This document shows, in pieces, positions 48,806-58,722 of a stretch of 64,000 nucleotides of DNA. The stretch is from the NCBI GenBank assembly GCA_963664325.2, contig CAXXDQ010000004.1, forward strand, positions 416,001 to 480,000. The letters are read 5' to 3'. A program made the position numbers and the translations under genes. The notes under the pieces were generated by a model, which had not been told where the DNA came from, made no database searches, and saw only the letters and a list, made by a program, of their open reading frames with translations. The DNA is from Desulfomonilia bacterium (GTDB lineage: Bacteria; Desulfobacterota; Desulfomonilia; UBA1062). The first letter of the stretch is position 1. Each line of letters starts with the position of its first letter.

Positions 48806-50899
48806 ATGAAAAAAAGTTTAATATATGTATTGCTGGCGATAGTATTCGTGATTGCAGCTTCCCGGTCCGGCTTTGCGTACGGAGAAGCGGCGCAAGCTGC
48901 CGTTACGGACACATCAAACGGGCGTGTCAGCGAATACTTCAAATATTCGGGATACAGCGCACCGGAATACAGGAGCTTCAGCAAGGAAACAACCTTTGTC
49001 GCCATGCATGACGGGACGAAACTGGCGGTGGACGTGTTCCTGCCCAAGGACGGCCCGAAGCAAGACAAATTTCCCGCCATATTCATTTTCACTCCCTACG
49101 GCCGGTCATACCTCTATCCGCAGATGGCATGGTATGAAAAAATCGCCGCAAGGATAACCAGAGGGACCTGGGGCCCTGTTTTTGACTATTCCGCCAAGTA
49201 CGATATAAAACTCTTTCTTTCTCACGGGTACGCCATCGTCGTGGCGGACATGCGCGGCACCGGCGCCTCCTGCGGGGTGCAGATCCCCTTTACGCCGGTC
49301 CTGGCGGAAGACGGGAAAGAGATGGTCGACTGGATCGGCTCCAGGCCCTGGTCGAGCGGAAAAGTGGGGATGACCGGGCAGTCGTATCTCGGCTGGATAC
49401 AGCTCATGACCGCGGCGAAGCATCCGAAGGCCCTGGCCTGCATCATGCCCGAGATGATAGTTTCAGAGGGCTATACCGAAGGCATACGCCCCGGCGGGAT
49501 CGACGCCATTGCATGGATAGAGCGCTACAGCAAGTTTCTGCAGTATCTGAACCTAAACCGGTTCGATCCCGCCAGCATGAGCCTGCCGACGACGCCCGCA
49601 GTGGACGAGGATAACGACGGTGATCTGGCCGATGAAATACCACTGATGAAAAACGGCTCCTTCCTTGATTGCGGAGCGCCCAGGTACAGCGACGGTAAAA
49701 AGCGGCAGGATCTTTATTTCACTGCCACGAAGGAGCATGAAAAGGACATCCTCTTCAACTTCTTCATCAGAAAGAACGCGCCCTATTTCGACAGTACCGC
49801 ACCTGAAATCATCGGCGACACCCGTTTCGTCGAAAGCAGCCCCGGCTATTATTTAAAGGAAATAATCGCATCCGGCATCCCGGTATATAACGTAGGCGGA
49901 TGGTTCGACGGGTTTACCAAGGGCACGACAAAACTCTATGCGACGATGGAGGGCAAAACGGCGACCCGGCTCAGCATGGCGCCCAGGTTCCATTATTACC
50001 CCTTTGTCACCAGGCAGTATAAGGATTATTTCGGCTATGAGGGGGAGTACATGAAGCAGGTGGCCACCGAGCGGCTCCGCTTTTTCGACTTTTATCTGAA
50101 GGGGATACAGAACGGCATTGACATTGAGCCCCGCGTGAACATCTACGTCATGAACTCCGGCTGGCGCACCGAAAACGAATGGCCTCTGAAGCGCCAGAAA
50201 GTGACGCCCTTTTATTTTGATTCCAAAGGCGGCCTGTCGCCGAAAGCAGACAGCAAGGGTTCCGACAGATACAGGGTGGATTTTACCCACAGCTCCAGCT
50301 ATGGGAAAAACAGCGTCAACCGCTGGCTGATGATGTATGTGCCCGACGGGCTGATGGACCGTACTGTTCTCGATAAAAAATGCCTCACCTATGAGACGGA
50401 AATTTTAAAGACGGACATGGAGGTTACGGGACATCCGGTGGCCGATATCTGGGTTTCTTCGAACAAAAATGACGGCGACTTCTTCGTATATCTCACCGAT
50501 GTGGACGAGTCTGGAAGGTCTCTTTACGTGACCGAGGGAGAGCTCCGCGCCGGATGGGAGCATGAATATGATAATGACGACCAGGTGCTGGGGAAGATCG
50601 ACATAAAGCCCGAACTGCCATGGCACGGATATAAGAAGGGCCAGTATACCGAAAACCCGTTTGCCGGGGGCAGGGTCGTCGAGCTGCGGTTTGACCTGAT
50701 GCCGACATCATGGGTTTTCAAGAAAGGGCACAGGCTGCGGATAGCCATCGCCTGCGCCGATTACAAGAATTTCGAGATGAACCCGTACCTGTGCTCCGGC
50801 AATGAACCCGGGGACTGCCCCGAGACCGTCGTTTCGATAAACCATGCCGAAGCCTATCCATCGAGGATCGAACTGCCGTTGATACCGGCTGCGCAGTAA
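48806..50899 (+). CDS. CocE/NonD-family serine hydrolase (exported)
   Basis: DGTKLAVD, TPYGR, DMRGTGAS, nucleophile elbow GQSYLG, GGWFD, C-terminal FKKGHRLRIAI. Confidence 0.92.
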   Translation: MKKSLIYVLLAIVFVIAASRSGFAYGEAAQAAVTDTSNGRVSEYFKYSGYSAPEYRSFSKETTFVAMHDGTKLAVDVFLPKDGPKQDKFPAIFIFTPYGRSYLYPQMAWYEKIAARITRGTWGPVFDYSAKYDIKLFLSHGYAIVVADMRGTGASCGVQIPFTPVLAEDGKEMVDWIGSRPWSSGKVGMTGQSYLGWIQLMTAAKHPKALACIMPEMIVSEGYTEGIRPGGIDAIAWIERYSKFLQYLNLNRFDPASMSLPTTPAVDEDNDGDLADEIPLMKNGSFLDCGAPRYSDGKKRQDLYFTATKEHEKDILFNFFIRKNAPYFDSTAPEIIGDTRFVESSPGYYLKEIIASGIPVYNVGGWFDGFTKGTTKLYATMEGKTATRLSMAPRFHYYPFVTRQYKDYFGYEGEYMKQVATERLRFFDFYLKGIQNGIDIEPRVNIYVMNSGWRTENEWPLKRQKVTPFYFDSKGGLSPKADSKGSDRYRVDFTHSSSYGKNSVNRWLMMYVPDGLMDRTVLDKKCLTYETEILKTDMEVTGHPVADIWVSSNKNDGDFFVYLTDVDESGRSLYVTEGELRAGWEHEYDNDDQVLGKIDIKPELPWHGYKKGQYTENPFAGGRVVELRFDLMPTSWVFKKGHRLRIAIACADYKNFEMNPYLCSGNEPGDCPETVVSINHAEAYPSRIELPLIPAAQ

Positions 50900-51021
50900 C
50901 GGGAAAAAATTGACTTGTGCCGGGCTGTCGGTTCCCGGCGGATCGGCCTGCGAATAATGAGGTCTCGACATTTTAATGAGGATGCCGGTGTTTTGTAGAA
51001 AAGGAATTTTTTATTATAATG

Positions 51022-51053
51022 GTTGACATATCAACTATAGATATGCCAACTAT
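51022..51053. promoter_or_regulatory. Tandem MarR-type operator boxes
   Basis: GTTGACATATCAAC near-palindrome plus the related ATAGATATGCCAACTAT just upstream of the marR-like gene. Confidence 0.5.
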
Positions 51054-51085
51054 AACAAGCCGAATAACGGGACCGGGAGCGAATC

Positions 51086-51508
51086 ATGAAAAGCAGGGAA
51101 CGTTTCATATTTCTGATAGGCCAGGCCAGGAACAGGCTCTTTGTCAAACTCGACCAGGCCCTTATAAGCGCTGCGGGGATTACCGCCGTGCAGTCCGGGG
51201 CGCTTTATTATCTGCTTGAAAATGACGGCTGCCAGTCCGTTGAACTGAGCAGGGGGCTCATGCTCGATAAGTCCGCCATAACCGGGCTTATCGACAGGCT
51301 TGAAGAAAAAGGGCTTGTTAAAAGACAAGCAAGCCCCACCGACCGCAGGGTCCTGAATGTCTGTCTGACTGATACGGGCCGGGATGCTGCAGAAAAATGC
51401 CTGGGCATTACAAAAAAATTTAATGGCAGAATCATTGAAGGCTTGAGTGAAGAAGAAGCCGCGACATTTGCAGCAGTGTTGAAGAAAATAATAAAGACCT
51501 TCTCATGA
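51086..51508 (+). CDS. MarR-family transcriptional regulator
   Basis: LDKSAITGLIDRLEEKGLV.R..SPTDRR...LTDTG. Confidence 0.93.
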   Translation: MKSRERFIFLIGQARNRLFVKLDQALISAAGITAVQSGALYYLLENDGCQSVELSRGLMLDKSAITGLIDRLEEKGLVKRQASPTDRRVLNVCLTDTGRDAAEKCLGITKKFNGRIIEGLSEEEAATFAAVLKKIIKTFS

Positions 51509-52467
51509 ATAAAACGACAGATCTATTCAGTGCCTCTTTCGGGAAAGTCAGAGTAATACCCGGTCAAAACAACAGCAGGTTTCCTTACAGCGCGAGTGTA
51601 TTCATCGACGATGATGTAAAAGCGGTAATCGATACAGGAGCAGGGAAGAAAAAGCTGGAGGCGCTCAGGACCTCGAATCGAATAGATGCCGTCTACAACA
51701 CGCATTACCACTATGACCATATCAACGGGAACCGTCTTTTTGAAGAAGCGGAAATTTATCTGAATGACAAAGAGTCCGGTGGCTTCAGGGACCGGAAAAT
51801 ACTTGGTGCGTATCTCGGCATGGAAGAGGTTTACGGCCGGGACTGGATAGAAGGCTGGATAGAAAGGATCAAAAATCCTGAAACGCCTCCAAGCCCGCAT
51901 TCTCCACTGAACAGCCACAACTGGTGGCTTTCCACATCGAGGATAAGCGGCGAATATAAATGGGGCGATGTCATAAGCTTCGGAAAGACGTCTATGCATG
52001 TTATTGCTGCACCGGGCCATTCGGGCGGGTTCTGCTGCATGCATTTTCCGGATCAGGACGTTTTGTACGCGGCCGATATTGACCTCGGCGATTTCGGACC
52101 CTGGTACGGCGGCACTGATGGCGATATCGACCTCTTCATCGATTCCTGCCGCAGGGTTGAGCAGACAGGGGCCGGACATATAATTACAGGACATGAAAAA
52201 GGGATTTTAACGGCCGCGCAATTCAAAGCAGGCCTGGTTGGCTATCTGGGTATGATCGATGTAAGGGACTGCCGGATCGTTAAGGCCCTAAAAAATAAAC
52301 CGGCAACGATAGAAGAAATTGCAGCGCAGGGGCATATTTACGGCAGGAAATTCCATGTGGATGAATTCATCTTCATGTGGGAGATGATCATGGTGAAAAA
52401 ACATATAGCCCGGCTTGTTAAAAACGGGGTTGCAGGCATCGAGGGAAAAACGGTGTTTGTGGATTAA
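51505..52467 (+). CDS. Metallo-beta-lactamase-fold hydrolase
   Basis: IDTG, THYHYDH (HxHxDH), PGHS, ADID, TGH; ATGA overlap with marR. Confidence 0.9.
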   Translation: MNKTTDLFSASFGKVRVIPGQNNSRFPYSASVFIDDDVKAVIDTGAGKKKLEALRTSNRIDAVYNTHYHYDHINGNRLFEEAEIYLNDKESGGFRDRKILGAYLGMEEVYGRDWIEGWIERIKNPETPPSPHSPLNSHNWWLSTSRISGEYKWGDVISFGKTSMHVIAAPGHSGGFCCMHFPDQDVLYAADIDLGDFGPWYGGTDGDIDLFIDSCRRVEQTGAGHIITGHEKGILTAAQFKAGLVGYLGMIDVRDCRIVKALKNKPATIEEIAAQGHIYGRKFHVDEFIFMWEMIMVKKHIARLVKNGVAGIEGKTVFVD

Positions 52468-52499
52468 CCGAGGCAGGGATTTTTAAAGAGGGGTGAGTT

Positions 52500-53036
52500 A
52501 TGAGCGTTCTGGATAAAACCGAGAAAAACAGGCTGAGGGATTTCCTGGGCAGGGGCTGGCTTACCCATGACGGCATGTGGTTTTACAATGCATACGCGGA
52601 GCTGGGTGTTGAAGCGGCCAATAAATTAAACCTTGCCGCGATACGCTCGCTTGCGCCTGTTGAACTTATGGGTGTCAGAAGGCTTCTGGGGCTGGATGAA
52701 AAGGAGATTCGTTCCTTTGAAGAGCTCGCAGGATTTATCAATGATTGCCTTGAACTGATCCTGCCCGCATCGCTTTTCAGGAAGATCTCTTTTAAAGCCT
52801 CTGCCGGCAATATTCTCAAGTGGGAATGGGAGCAGGGCGAATGCTTTGCGTATAAGGGCATGCTTCAGATCGGCCTGCTTGAAGAATACAGGTGCGGTGT
52901 GATGTTCAGAATCGAGTGCTGGCTCAGGGCGCTCAATATAAAATATGAAATCAGCCCTGTGATCGATAAATGCATCATGCATGAAAAGGGCATGTGCAAG
53001 GGTGAAATCAAAATAAGCGAGGGATGCATGGCCTGA
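52500..53036 (+). CDS. Uncharacterised protein (DUF6125-like, small-ligand/V4R-like fold)
   Basis: WLTHDGMWF motif plus conserved-looking cysteines (CFAY, YRCG, CIMH...C). Confidence 0.65.
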   Translation: MSVLDKTEKNRLRDFLGRGWLTHDGMWFYNAYAELGVEAANKLNLAAIRSLAPVELMGVRRLLGLDEKEIRSFEELAGFINDCLELILPASLFRKISFKASAGNILKWEWEQGECFAYKGMLQIGLLEEYRCGVMFRIECWLRALNIKYEISPVIDKCIMHEKGMCKGEIKISEGCMA

Positions 53037-53072
53037 TTTTCCGGCTGGCGGCTGATATTTGAAGGGGAAAAC

Positions 53073-53118
53073 AAACGGGACCGGCCCTGCTTTTTATTTG
53101 CCGGGCGCGGTCCCGTTT
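53073..53118. terminator. Hairpin between convergent genes
   Basis: AAACGGGACCG...CGGTCCCGTTT. Confidence 0.6.
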
Positions 53119-53134
53119 CCTGGCTTGTCAAGGA

Positions 53135-55012
53135 TTACTGATTCGCTTTAAACCAATTTACGAAATCCATGAGGTTTATCTTCACCCACGGGTCCGTCAT
53201 ATATCCGTACAGGCCCATCATCACCTTGTCGTCGTTGTCCATCACCGCATGGTGTCCGTCGACGGGGGTATTGACAGGCTTGCTGTAGTCTTCGCCCTGG
53301 TAGAACCAGGGGTAATCCCTCTGCGTGTTAAGAAAATCTATTATCCATCCCGCCGATCCGGTCGAGGGCGTATCCCCGTCGCCAAAGAAATTTATCTTGC
53401 CTTTGTACGTATCGATATACGTTTCCATATTCTCATACCGCCAGACCGACTGGGGGAACTGGCCGCTTAAGAAATATCCGAGATATGTCAGCCAGTCATA
53501 ATGCAGCATGGTAAGTCTGGGGATCGTGAAATGGTTCGTGGCTGCAAGGACTTCGGGATCATTTTCATGCTGAACCGGGAAATGGATGCCTTTTTTGTAA
53601 TATGTGTTGTAGGCTTCAAGATTTTTAACATCCAGTCTTTGTTCGTTGATAAAATTCTCCGGGTACGTCCACTTCATGCTTCTCACCATGACCCCGTTGT
53701 TTATATAGCCGTTCACGAGCTGGTCATCGTCAAGTTTTTCAATCCATGGAGCCATCAGAAGCTGCGTCAGGGGAAGCAGGGTTTCAGGACCTTTTATATC
53801 CCTCTGGTTTGTAATTACTTCAAGTTCCACCGCATTTCCCCACCTGCTGTCATAGTCGTCGTCGGCCACGAAGAATATCCACGACATGCCCCTTGACAGG
53901 TTGTATCTTACCTCGTTTACCGCCTCGTCAAGGGTTGAGCAGTTCTGAACGACGTCCCTTACAACCAGCATGCTCCCTACCCCCGGGGTCAAGCCGCCCA
54001 CCCCGACCAGACAGACATCCTGTCCCATGGAGAGGCCTTCCGTATTCATGCCGAGGGACTGGCCTACAAAGCCCGGAACCGTAACCGTGGCAAAGGGATG
54101 GCCCCTGTCGGGAATATAGACGGCCATGCAGGCGGAATCCTGATAAATGTCGGTAGTGCCGAACATGAAATCCCGGCCGTGATATGTCTTTCCGTCAACA
54201 GTCGCGGCTCCTGTTACGGCAAACTCGTTGCAGCCCCATTGCGGAAACTTTATGGGCCCCAGATTTTCAAGGTAGGTTGCAAGGTCCGGATTGTTGGTGC
54301 CGATGGTGACCAGGATTTCGGTTATATATTTTTTCAGCTTGTTGACGAGGTCGCGGTTTTCATCGGTTACGGGGACATGTCCTGAAACGGCTGCGAGCAG
54401 AAAATATACGGCGTCAACAGCCTGGTTCAGGATAAGAACCTTATTGTAATCAACGTCGGGATGGCCTGCGGCGCTCATTCCGTCGGCGAAACCGTGCATT
54501 TCTTCCCTCAGGTATTCCGGGATATCTGGTTCCGCAACATTGGCCATATCGGTGCATGCGGCATAGAGAATTTCGTAAACCTTGTTGGAGACCGCATTTT
54601 CTTCAGAAAGGTCGATCCCGAGGAGGCTGAGCTGGCCCAGTGCCGTCCGTCTCATGAATGTCGAGCACATGGCATACGCCTGTTCGGGCATCAGCGTTGC
54701 CGCCTGATAGCCGATGTTGTAAGGTTTGCCCGTCAGGATCATGCATTTCTTCGACGTCGGTCCCCTGTGGTCTCCGGCGAGACCGGTCCCCTCGGTATAT
54801 TTGCCCGTGAACTCGCATAGCCAGGCCGGATCACCGTTTACATCGATCTTGTTGAGGACCTTTAATCCCTGGGATGTGAAAAAATCCGTTGCCTGAGAGG
54901 AACCTTCATTGGTTGCCGAGGTTTCTGTGTTGTTTGAGTCGTTTGAGTTGCTGCAGCCCCAGATGCTTATCAAAAAAACAATTGAAACAAGTAAAATAAA
55001 ACTCTTCCTCAT
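53135..55012 (-). CDS. Lipoprotein of the C45/acid-ceramidase-like Ntn-hydrolase family
   Basis: Lipobox IWGC; GYQ...YLREEMHGFADG pro-region; autoproteolytic G-CNEFAV, HGRDF, GMNTEGL, ATNHF; start MRKS at 55012. Confidence 0.8.
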   Translation of the reverse strand: MRKSFILLVSIVFLISIWGCSNSNDSNNTETSATNEGSSQATDFFTSQGLKVLNKIDVNGDPAWLCEFTGKYTEGTGLAGDHRGPTSKKCMILTGKPYNIGYQAATLMPEQAYAMCSTFMRRTALGQLSLLGIDLSEENAVSNKVYEILYAACTDMANVAEPDIPEYLREEMHGFADGMSAAGHPDVDYNKVLILNQAVDAVYFLLAAVSGHVPVTDENRDLVNKLKKYITEILVTIGTNNPDLATYLENLGPIKFPQWGCNEFAVTGAATVDGKTYHGRDFMFGTTDIYQDSACMAVYIPDRGHPFATVTVPGFVGQSLGMNTEGLSMGQDVCLVGVGGLTPGVGSMLVVRDVVQNCSTLDEAVNEVRYNLSRGMSWIFFVADDDYDSRWGNAVELEVITNQRDIKGPETLLPLTQLLMAPWIEKLDDDQLVNGYINNGVMVRSMKWTYPENFINEQRLDVKNLEAYNTYYKKGIHFPVQHENDPEVLAATNHFTIPRLTMLHYDWLTYLGYFLSGQFPQSVWRYENMETYIDTYKGKINFFGDGDTPSTGSAGWIIDFLNTQRDYPWFYQGEDYSKPVNTPVDGHHAVMDNDDKVMMGLYGYMTDPWVKINLMDFVNWFKANQ

Positions 55013-55204
55013 GTCGACCCTCCTCATATTTATTGATGCAGATAATATTATACCACATTATGTAGAAAATAGAGAGATAATATGTAAATAATATATCTAC
55101 TATTGATATCGGTATTGCTTCAGTCCGGCATGTTCGCCCGCCAGCCTGTACGGGTTCTGTCCGCAGGCACAGATCCTTGCCAGCCTGGTTCTTTGGATGA
55201 CCGT

Positions 55205-55714
55205 CTACTCATTATTCGGGTTCAAAGAGGCATACCTCGATAAAACATAAACGCTGTCGGGCGTGCAGGGCTTTTCTTCGGCAAGCGTTAGCGCCTCGCC
55301 GATTGAAAGGAAACGGCCTGAAACGACCTCTTCCTCCTGAAGCGCAAACGGTCCGTCGGTAACACATTTGAAAACCCTTCCCCAGACCCGCTGTCCTTCG
55401 TACTCGCCGTAGAAATCGAACAGGAAATCAAGCGGTACGCCCGTAACGCCTATCTCTTCGGCCAGCTCCCTTTCGGCTGATTCTTCATAGGTTTCTCCTG
55501 CAAGGACAACCCCGCCCGTGCAGATATCGTAAAAGCCGGGGAAGATATCCTTTGTAAGAGTTCTTTCCTGAATAAATATCTCGCCCTTTGAGCTGAAAAC
55601 AAGGATGTAAGCAGCCCTGTGAATCAGGCCTTTTCGCCTCATCACAGACCTCTTGCACGAACCTGCGGGGTTGTTGTCTTCATCGGCAATCATGACAATT
55701 TCATCGGCGCTCAT
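55205..55714 (-). CDS. yfcD: Nudix hydrolase, YfcD/IDI-like
   Basis: HRAAYILVF, QERTLTKDIFPG, Nudix box GGVVLAGE...AERELAEEIG, TPDS. Confidence 0.85.
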   Translation of the reverse strand: MSADEIVMIADEDNNPAGSCKRSVMRRKGLIHRAAYILVFSSKGEIFIQERTLTKDIFPGFYDICTGGVVLAGETYEESAERELAEEIGVTGVPLDFLFDFYGEYEGQRVWGRVFKCVTDGPFALQEEEVVSGRFLSIGEALTLAEEKPCTPDSVYVLSRYASLNPNNE

Positions 55715-55851
55715 AAAAGAATCTCCATACGGCATTTAAATAATCATAATATTTGGGCACATCCCGGTTAAACATGATATTTGAGAGGAGATCAAAGCCT
55801 CCGGCCGGCACCGTGAGGCGGATCTCCTCCTTGCACAGGATTCAGGAACGG

Positions 55852-57144
55852 CTAAAATGCTCCGTGCCGGACCTTGTTCGCGATTTTTTCAATTGTGTTG
55901 ACGATTATGAGCGGAACGTCACGCGAGTCAAGCATCGGAGACGGCATGCCGTAAAGGAACGGCAGCACTCCTGTGAGCTTTACTGCTCCGATCGGGCAAC
56001 CCTTGACTTTCTTTATTTTGCTGGCGTTCCTGATTGTACCCTTGACCTCGGTGCAGTCGCCGATAAGCAGGCAGACACCGCCGCCCGCATCCACGTCGCC
56101 TTCATATATGCCGGTCACCATTGCACCCGGTTTTGCATTCTTGAGCGAACCGGGTCTGCGGGCGTCTATCGTACCCAGGCTGCCCTTTATGGCAGCCACG
56201 CACCCGCCGTAGCAGATCTCGTTGGTGTTCGGGCCGATGCCCTCGTAGAATTTCAGGCGCGTATCCAGTATCTGCATGTCCTGGAACTGGCTCACGATGC
56301 CTTCCGTGCGCTTCCTCAGCTCCGGGATCGTTATGTCGCCGAGGATCTTGACAGAATCCGGTTCGATCGAACCGTATCCGCGTTCGGATGCTATGCGCAG
56401 GTGATGGACCTGCTCCGGTTTGTAGCCCAGTATCTGGGCTGCAACAACGTCGGATGCAATCGGGTTGTTGCTGATCATGATCAGACCGAGGTGGGACGGC
56501 TTGGCGCAGGATTCGAAGCCGTGGCCTATGGTTACGGCATCAGTGACTATAATGTCCGGATAGCCCATCTCCAGTATGTCCACGATCTTTTCATTCAGGC
56601 GGTCATCATGATAGAGCATGCGCTCTTTGTGCAGCAGGCTGCCTATGTTCAATTTGAGGGCGTTGGTGATCTCGCAGCAGATGTGGTACTTGAGCTTGGG
56701 CATCCAAATCTTGAAGTCGGCCTCATGCATGAGCCTGGGGCACAGGATGGTCTTGTGAAACTTGGCCCGGGACATGTTTACCTTGACGTACTTGTCTTCG
56801 TTGAAGTCGATTACAGGCACATTGTACCGCTGGCCCATTGCATAGTATTCGGATTCCTTAAAGCTCATGCGCGTCGGCATGGCAAAGCCTCCGGACTCTC
56901 CGACATTAAGGTCGGTGATGCCGGGAAACTCCCGCACACGGTTGACCACCGTGCCCACCAGGTCGGGGTTGGTGAAGGCATGCATCGAGTATTTCTTGTT
57001 GGCGAATACGACATTCGGCTTGATCAGCACCTTGCCCTTGGGTTTTCGGCCGAGCAGCTCAAAGCCTTCCTTGACGACCTCCGCCATCTTGACCGTGTCG
57101 TATGTTTCCACCCTGCGTAATAAAACCCAGCGATCTTCTGCCAT
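55852..57144 (-). CDS. DUF362 domain Fe-S protein
   Basis: KVLIKPN, T.PDLV, VGESGG, PKLKYH...TNALKLNIG, D.V; C-terminal CYGGC, GDC, KGCP. Confidence 0.85.
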   Translation of the reverse strand: MAEDRWVLLRRVETYDTVKMAEVVKEGFELLGRKPKGKVLIKPNVVFANKKYSMHAFTNPDLVGTVVNRVREFPGITDLNVGESGGFAMPTRMSFKESEYYAMGQRYNVPVIDFNEDKYVKVNMSRAKFHKTILCPRLMHEADFKIWMPKLKYHICCEITNALKLNIGSLLHKERMLYHDDRLNEKIVDILEMGYPDIIVTDAVTIGHGFESCAKPSHLGLIMISNNPIASDVVAAQILGYKPEQVHHLRIASERGYGSIEPDSVKILGDITIPELRKRTEGIVSQFQDMQILDTRLKFYEGIGPNTNEICYGGCVAAIKGSLGTIDARRPGSLKNAKPGAMVTGIYEGDVDAGGGVCLLIGDCTEVKGTIRNASKIKKVKGCPIGAVKLTGVLPFLYGMPSPMLDSRDVPLIIVNTIEKIANKVRHGAF

Positions 57145-57209
57145 ACATGCCTCCTTTTGTTCTGTCCCTTAGCCCGGTCTGTCGCCCGGGCAAGGTCTTG
57201 ATCAAAATG

Positions 57210-58040
57210 TTATTTTTTCATCCTTCTTTGCGTCATCCGGATTACCATATCCGATGTCACTCTCGTGAGCAGCCCGTTGGTCAGGCGGTGCAGGAGCCAT
57301 AGAAAACGGGTCGAAGCCCCCGGTATGAACAGATACTGTTTGCGGGCAATAGCCGCCACAATGACCCGGGCCGCATCTTCCGGGGTCATCAGCGTGCTCA
57401 GGCTTTTTACGGCCCGGCCTTCCGGCGGCAGGGTCTTTGCCTCATCGATATTCATGGGGGTGTCGACCTCGGGCGGACACACCACCGTCACGGCCATTCC
57501 CATCGGTTTGAGCTCGTAGCGCAGGCTGTCGGACAGTCCCAGGAGCGCGGCCTTGGAGGTCCCGTAGGCCGTATAGCCGAACATCCCGAAGAGTCCGGCC
57601 GCCGATGAGAGGATTACGATATGGCCTTTCTTTGCTTTCATGGCGGGCAGCAGAGTGTGGATCACGTTGCGGGGCCCGTAGAGGTTGATCTTGATGACCT
57701 CATCGAACATTTCATGGGTGATGTTTTCGAAACGGTCGGCATACTTGTTGATGCCTGCGCTGTTGACGAGGATGTCCGGGGCGCCGAAGTCCGCAAGGGC
57801 GGTCTTCATTTTAGCCTCGACATCCTGAAGGTCGGCCACATCCACGGACAGGGTTTCGATGCGCTGCGCGGGACGGCGGCGAAAAGGTTCCATGGCCAGC
57901 CGGGCAGTCTGAAGCTTTTCTATATTACGTGCTATCAAAAGCAAATCGGCCCCGTCTGCAGCCAGTATCTTGCCCATTTCGAGCCCGATCCCGCTCGAAC
58001 CGCCTGTTATATAGATCATCTTGCCGTCAAAGCTCTTCAT
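57210..58040 (-). CDS. Classical SDR oxidoreductase (3-ketodihydrosphingosine reductase-like subfamily)
   Basis: ITGGSSGIG, VNSAG, SS.AG, YTAYGTSK, CPPEVDTP. Confidence 0.88.
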   Translation of the reverse strand: MKSFDGKMIYITGGSSGIGLEMGKILAADGADLLLIARNIEKLQTARLAMEPFRRRPAQRIETLSVDVADLQDVEAKMKTALADFGAPDILVNSAGINKYADRFENITHEMFDEVIKINLYGPRNVIHTLLPAMKAKKGHIVILSSAAGLFGMFGYTAYGTSKAALLGLSDSLRYELKPMGMAVTVVCPPEVDTPMNIDEAKTLPPEGRAVKSLSTLMTPEDAARVIVAAIARKQYLFIPGASTRFLWLLHRLTNGLLTRVTSDMVIRMTQRRMKK

Positions 58041-58055
58041 AATCGGTGCCCCTTT

Positions 58056-58625
58056 TTATTCCGTTATGGGCCTGGTATCGCCTGTTATACGGCCGAGACT
58101 GACAAGCCATTCCGGCATGCCGAGATTCAAGCCGAAGGCCTTGGTTTCGATCAGCTCCAGTATCAGGCCCGCCTTGTTCATTGTGTCGAGATAGGCGACC
58201 TTGGTTTTGCCGCCTCCTGCGTATTTCAGGGTTCCTTGCTGGAGAGGTGCAAAACCGCGGTCCTTCATGAGCCCCTTTGTTTTCTCCAGGTCGTTTACCA
58301 CCACTCCGAAGTGATGGAACCCGAACCCCGCTTCTCCGGGATGCGCATTGTAGATGTTGTCATCATTACCGTGCACCTGTATGAGCTCGATCTGGGTCTT
58401 GCCTGAATACCCTACCGCTATATCCAGGAGAATATCAACAGGCCGGTTGCGGTAATAATAATGGCACTCGGTGATCACCGTACGATACCACCTGGGGATG
58501 CCCAGGAATTCCCGGTAGAACCGGACCCCTTCTAAAAGGTCAGGCACCACCATGCCGATCTGGGTCACTGGAGGGATGTCCAGACCTTCAAGGTTTGCCG
58601 CCAGTTTGTTCCATGGTTTCAGCAT
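58056..58625 (-). CDS. VOC/glyoxalase family protein (methylmalonyl-CoA epimerase-like)
   Basis: QIGMVVPDL, QIELIQ, GFHHFGVVV, AYLDT...ILELIE. Confidence 0.85.
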   Translation of the reverse strand: MLKPWNKLAANLEGLDIPPVTQIGMVVPDLLEGVRFYREFLGIPRWYRTVITECHYYYRNRPVDILLDIAVGYSGKTQIELIQVHGNDDNIYNAHPGEAGFGFHHFGVVVNDLEKTKGLMKDRGFAPLQQGTLKYAGGGKTKVAYLDTMNKAGLILELIETKAFGLNLGMPEWLVSLGRITGDTRPITE

Positions 58626-58722
58626 GCGATACCTCTGTATGCCGGTGTTTCAACTTTGTCTTATTATAAGAGTAACACCGTTGACTTTAAAAATCAAGCC
58701 GGTCATCCGGCTCCTGCAAGCC

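Noticed and set aside
55753-57120. 455-aa ORF on the + strand
   Set aside because: Antisense shadow of the DUF362 gene; no recognisable motifs or RBS; long antisense frames are expected in GC3-rich genes
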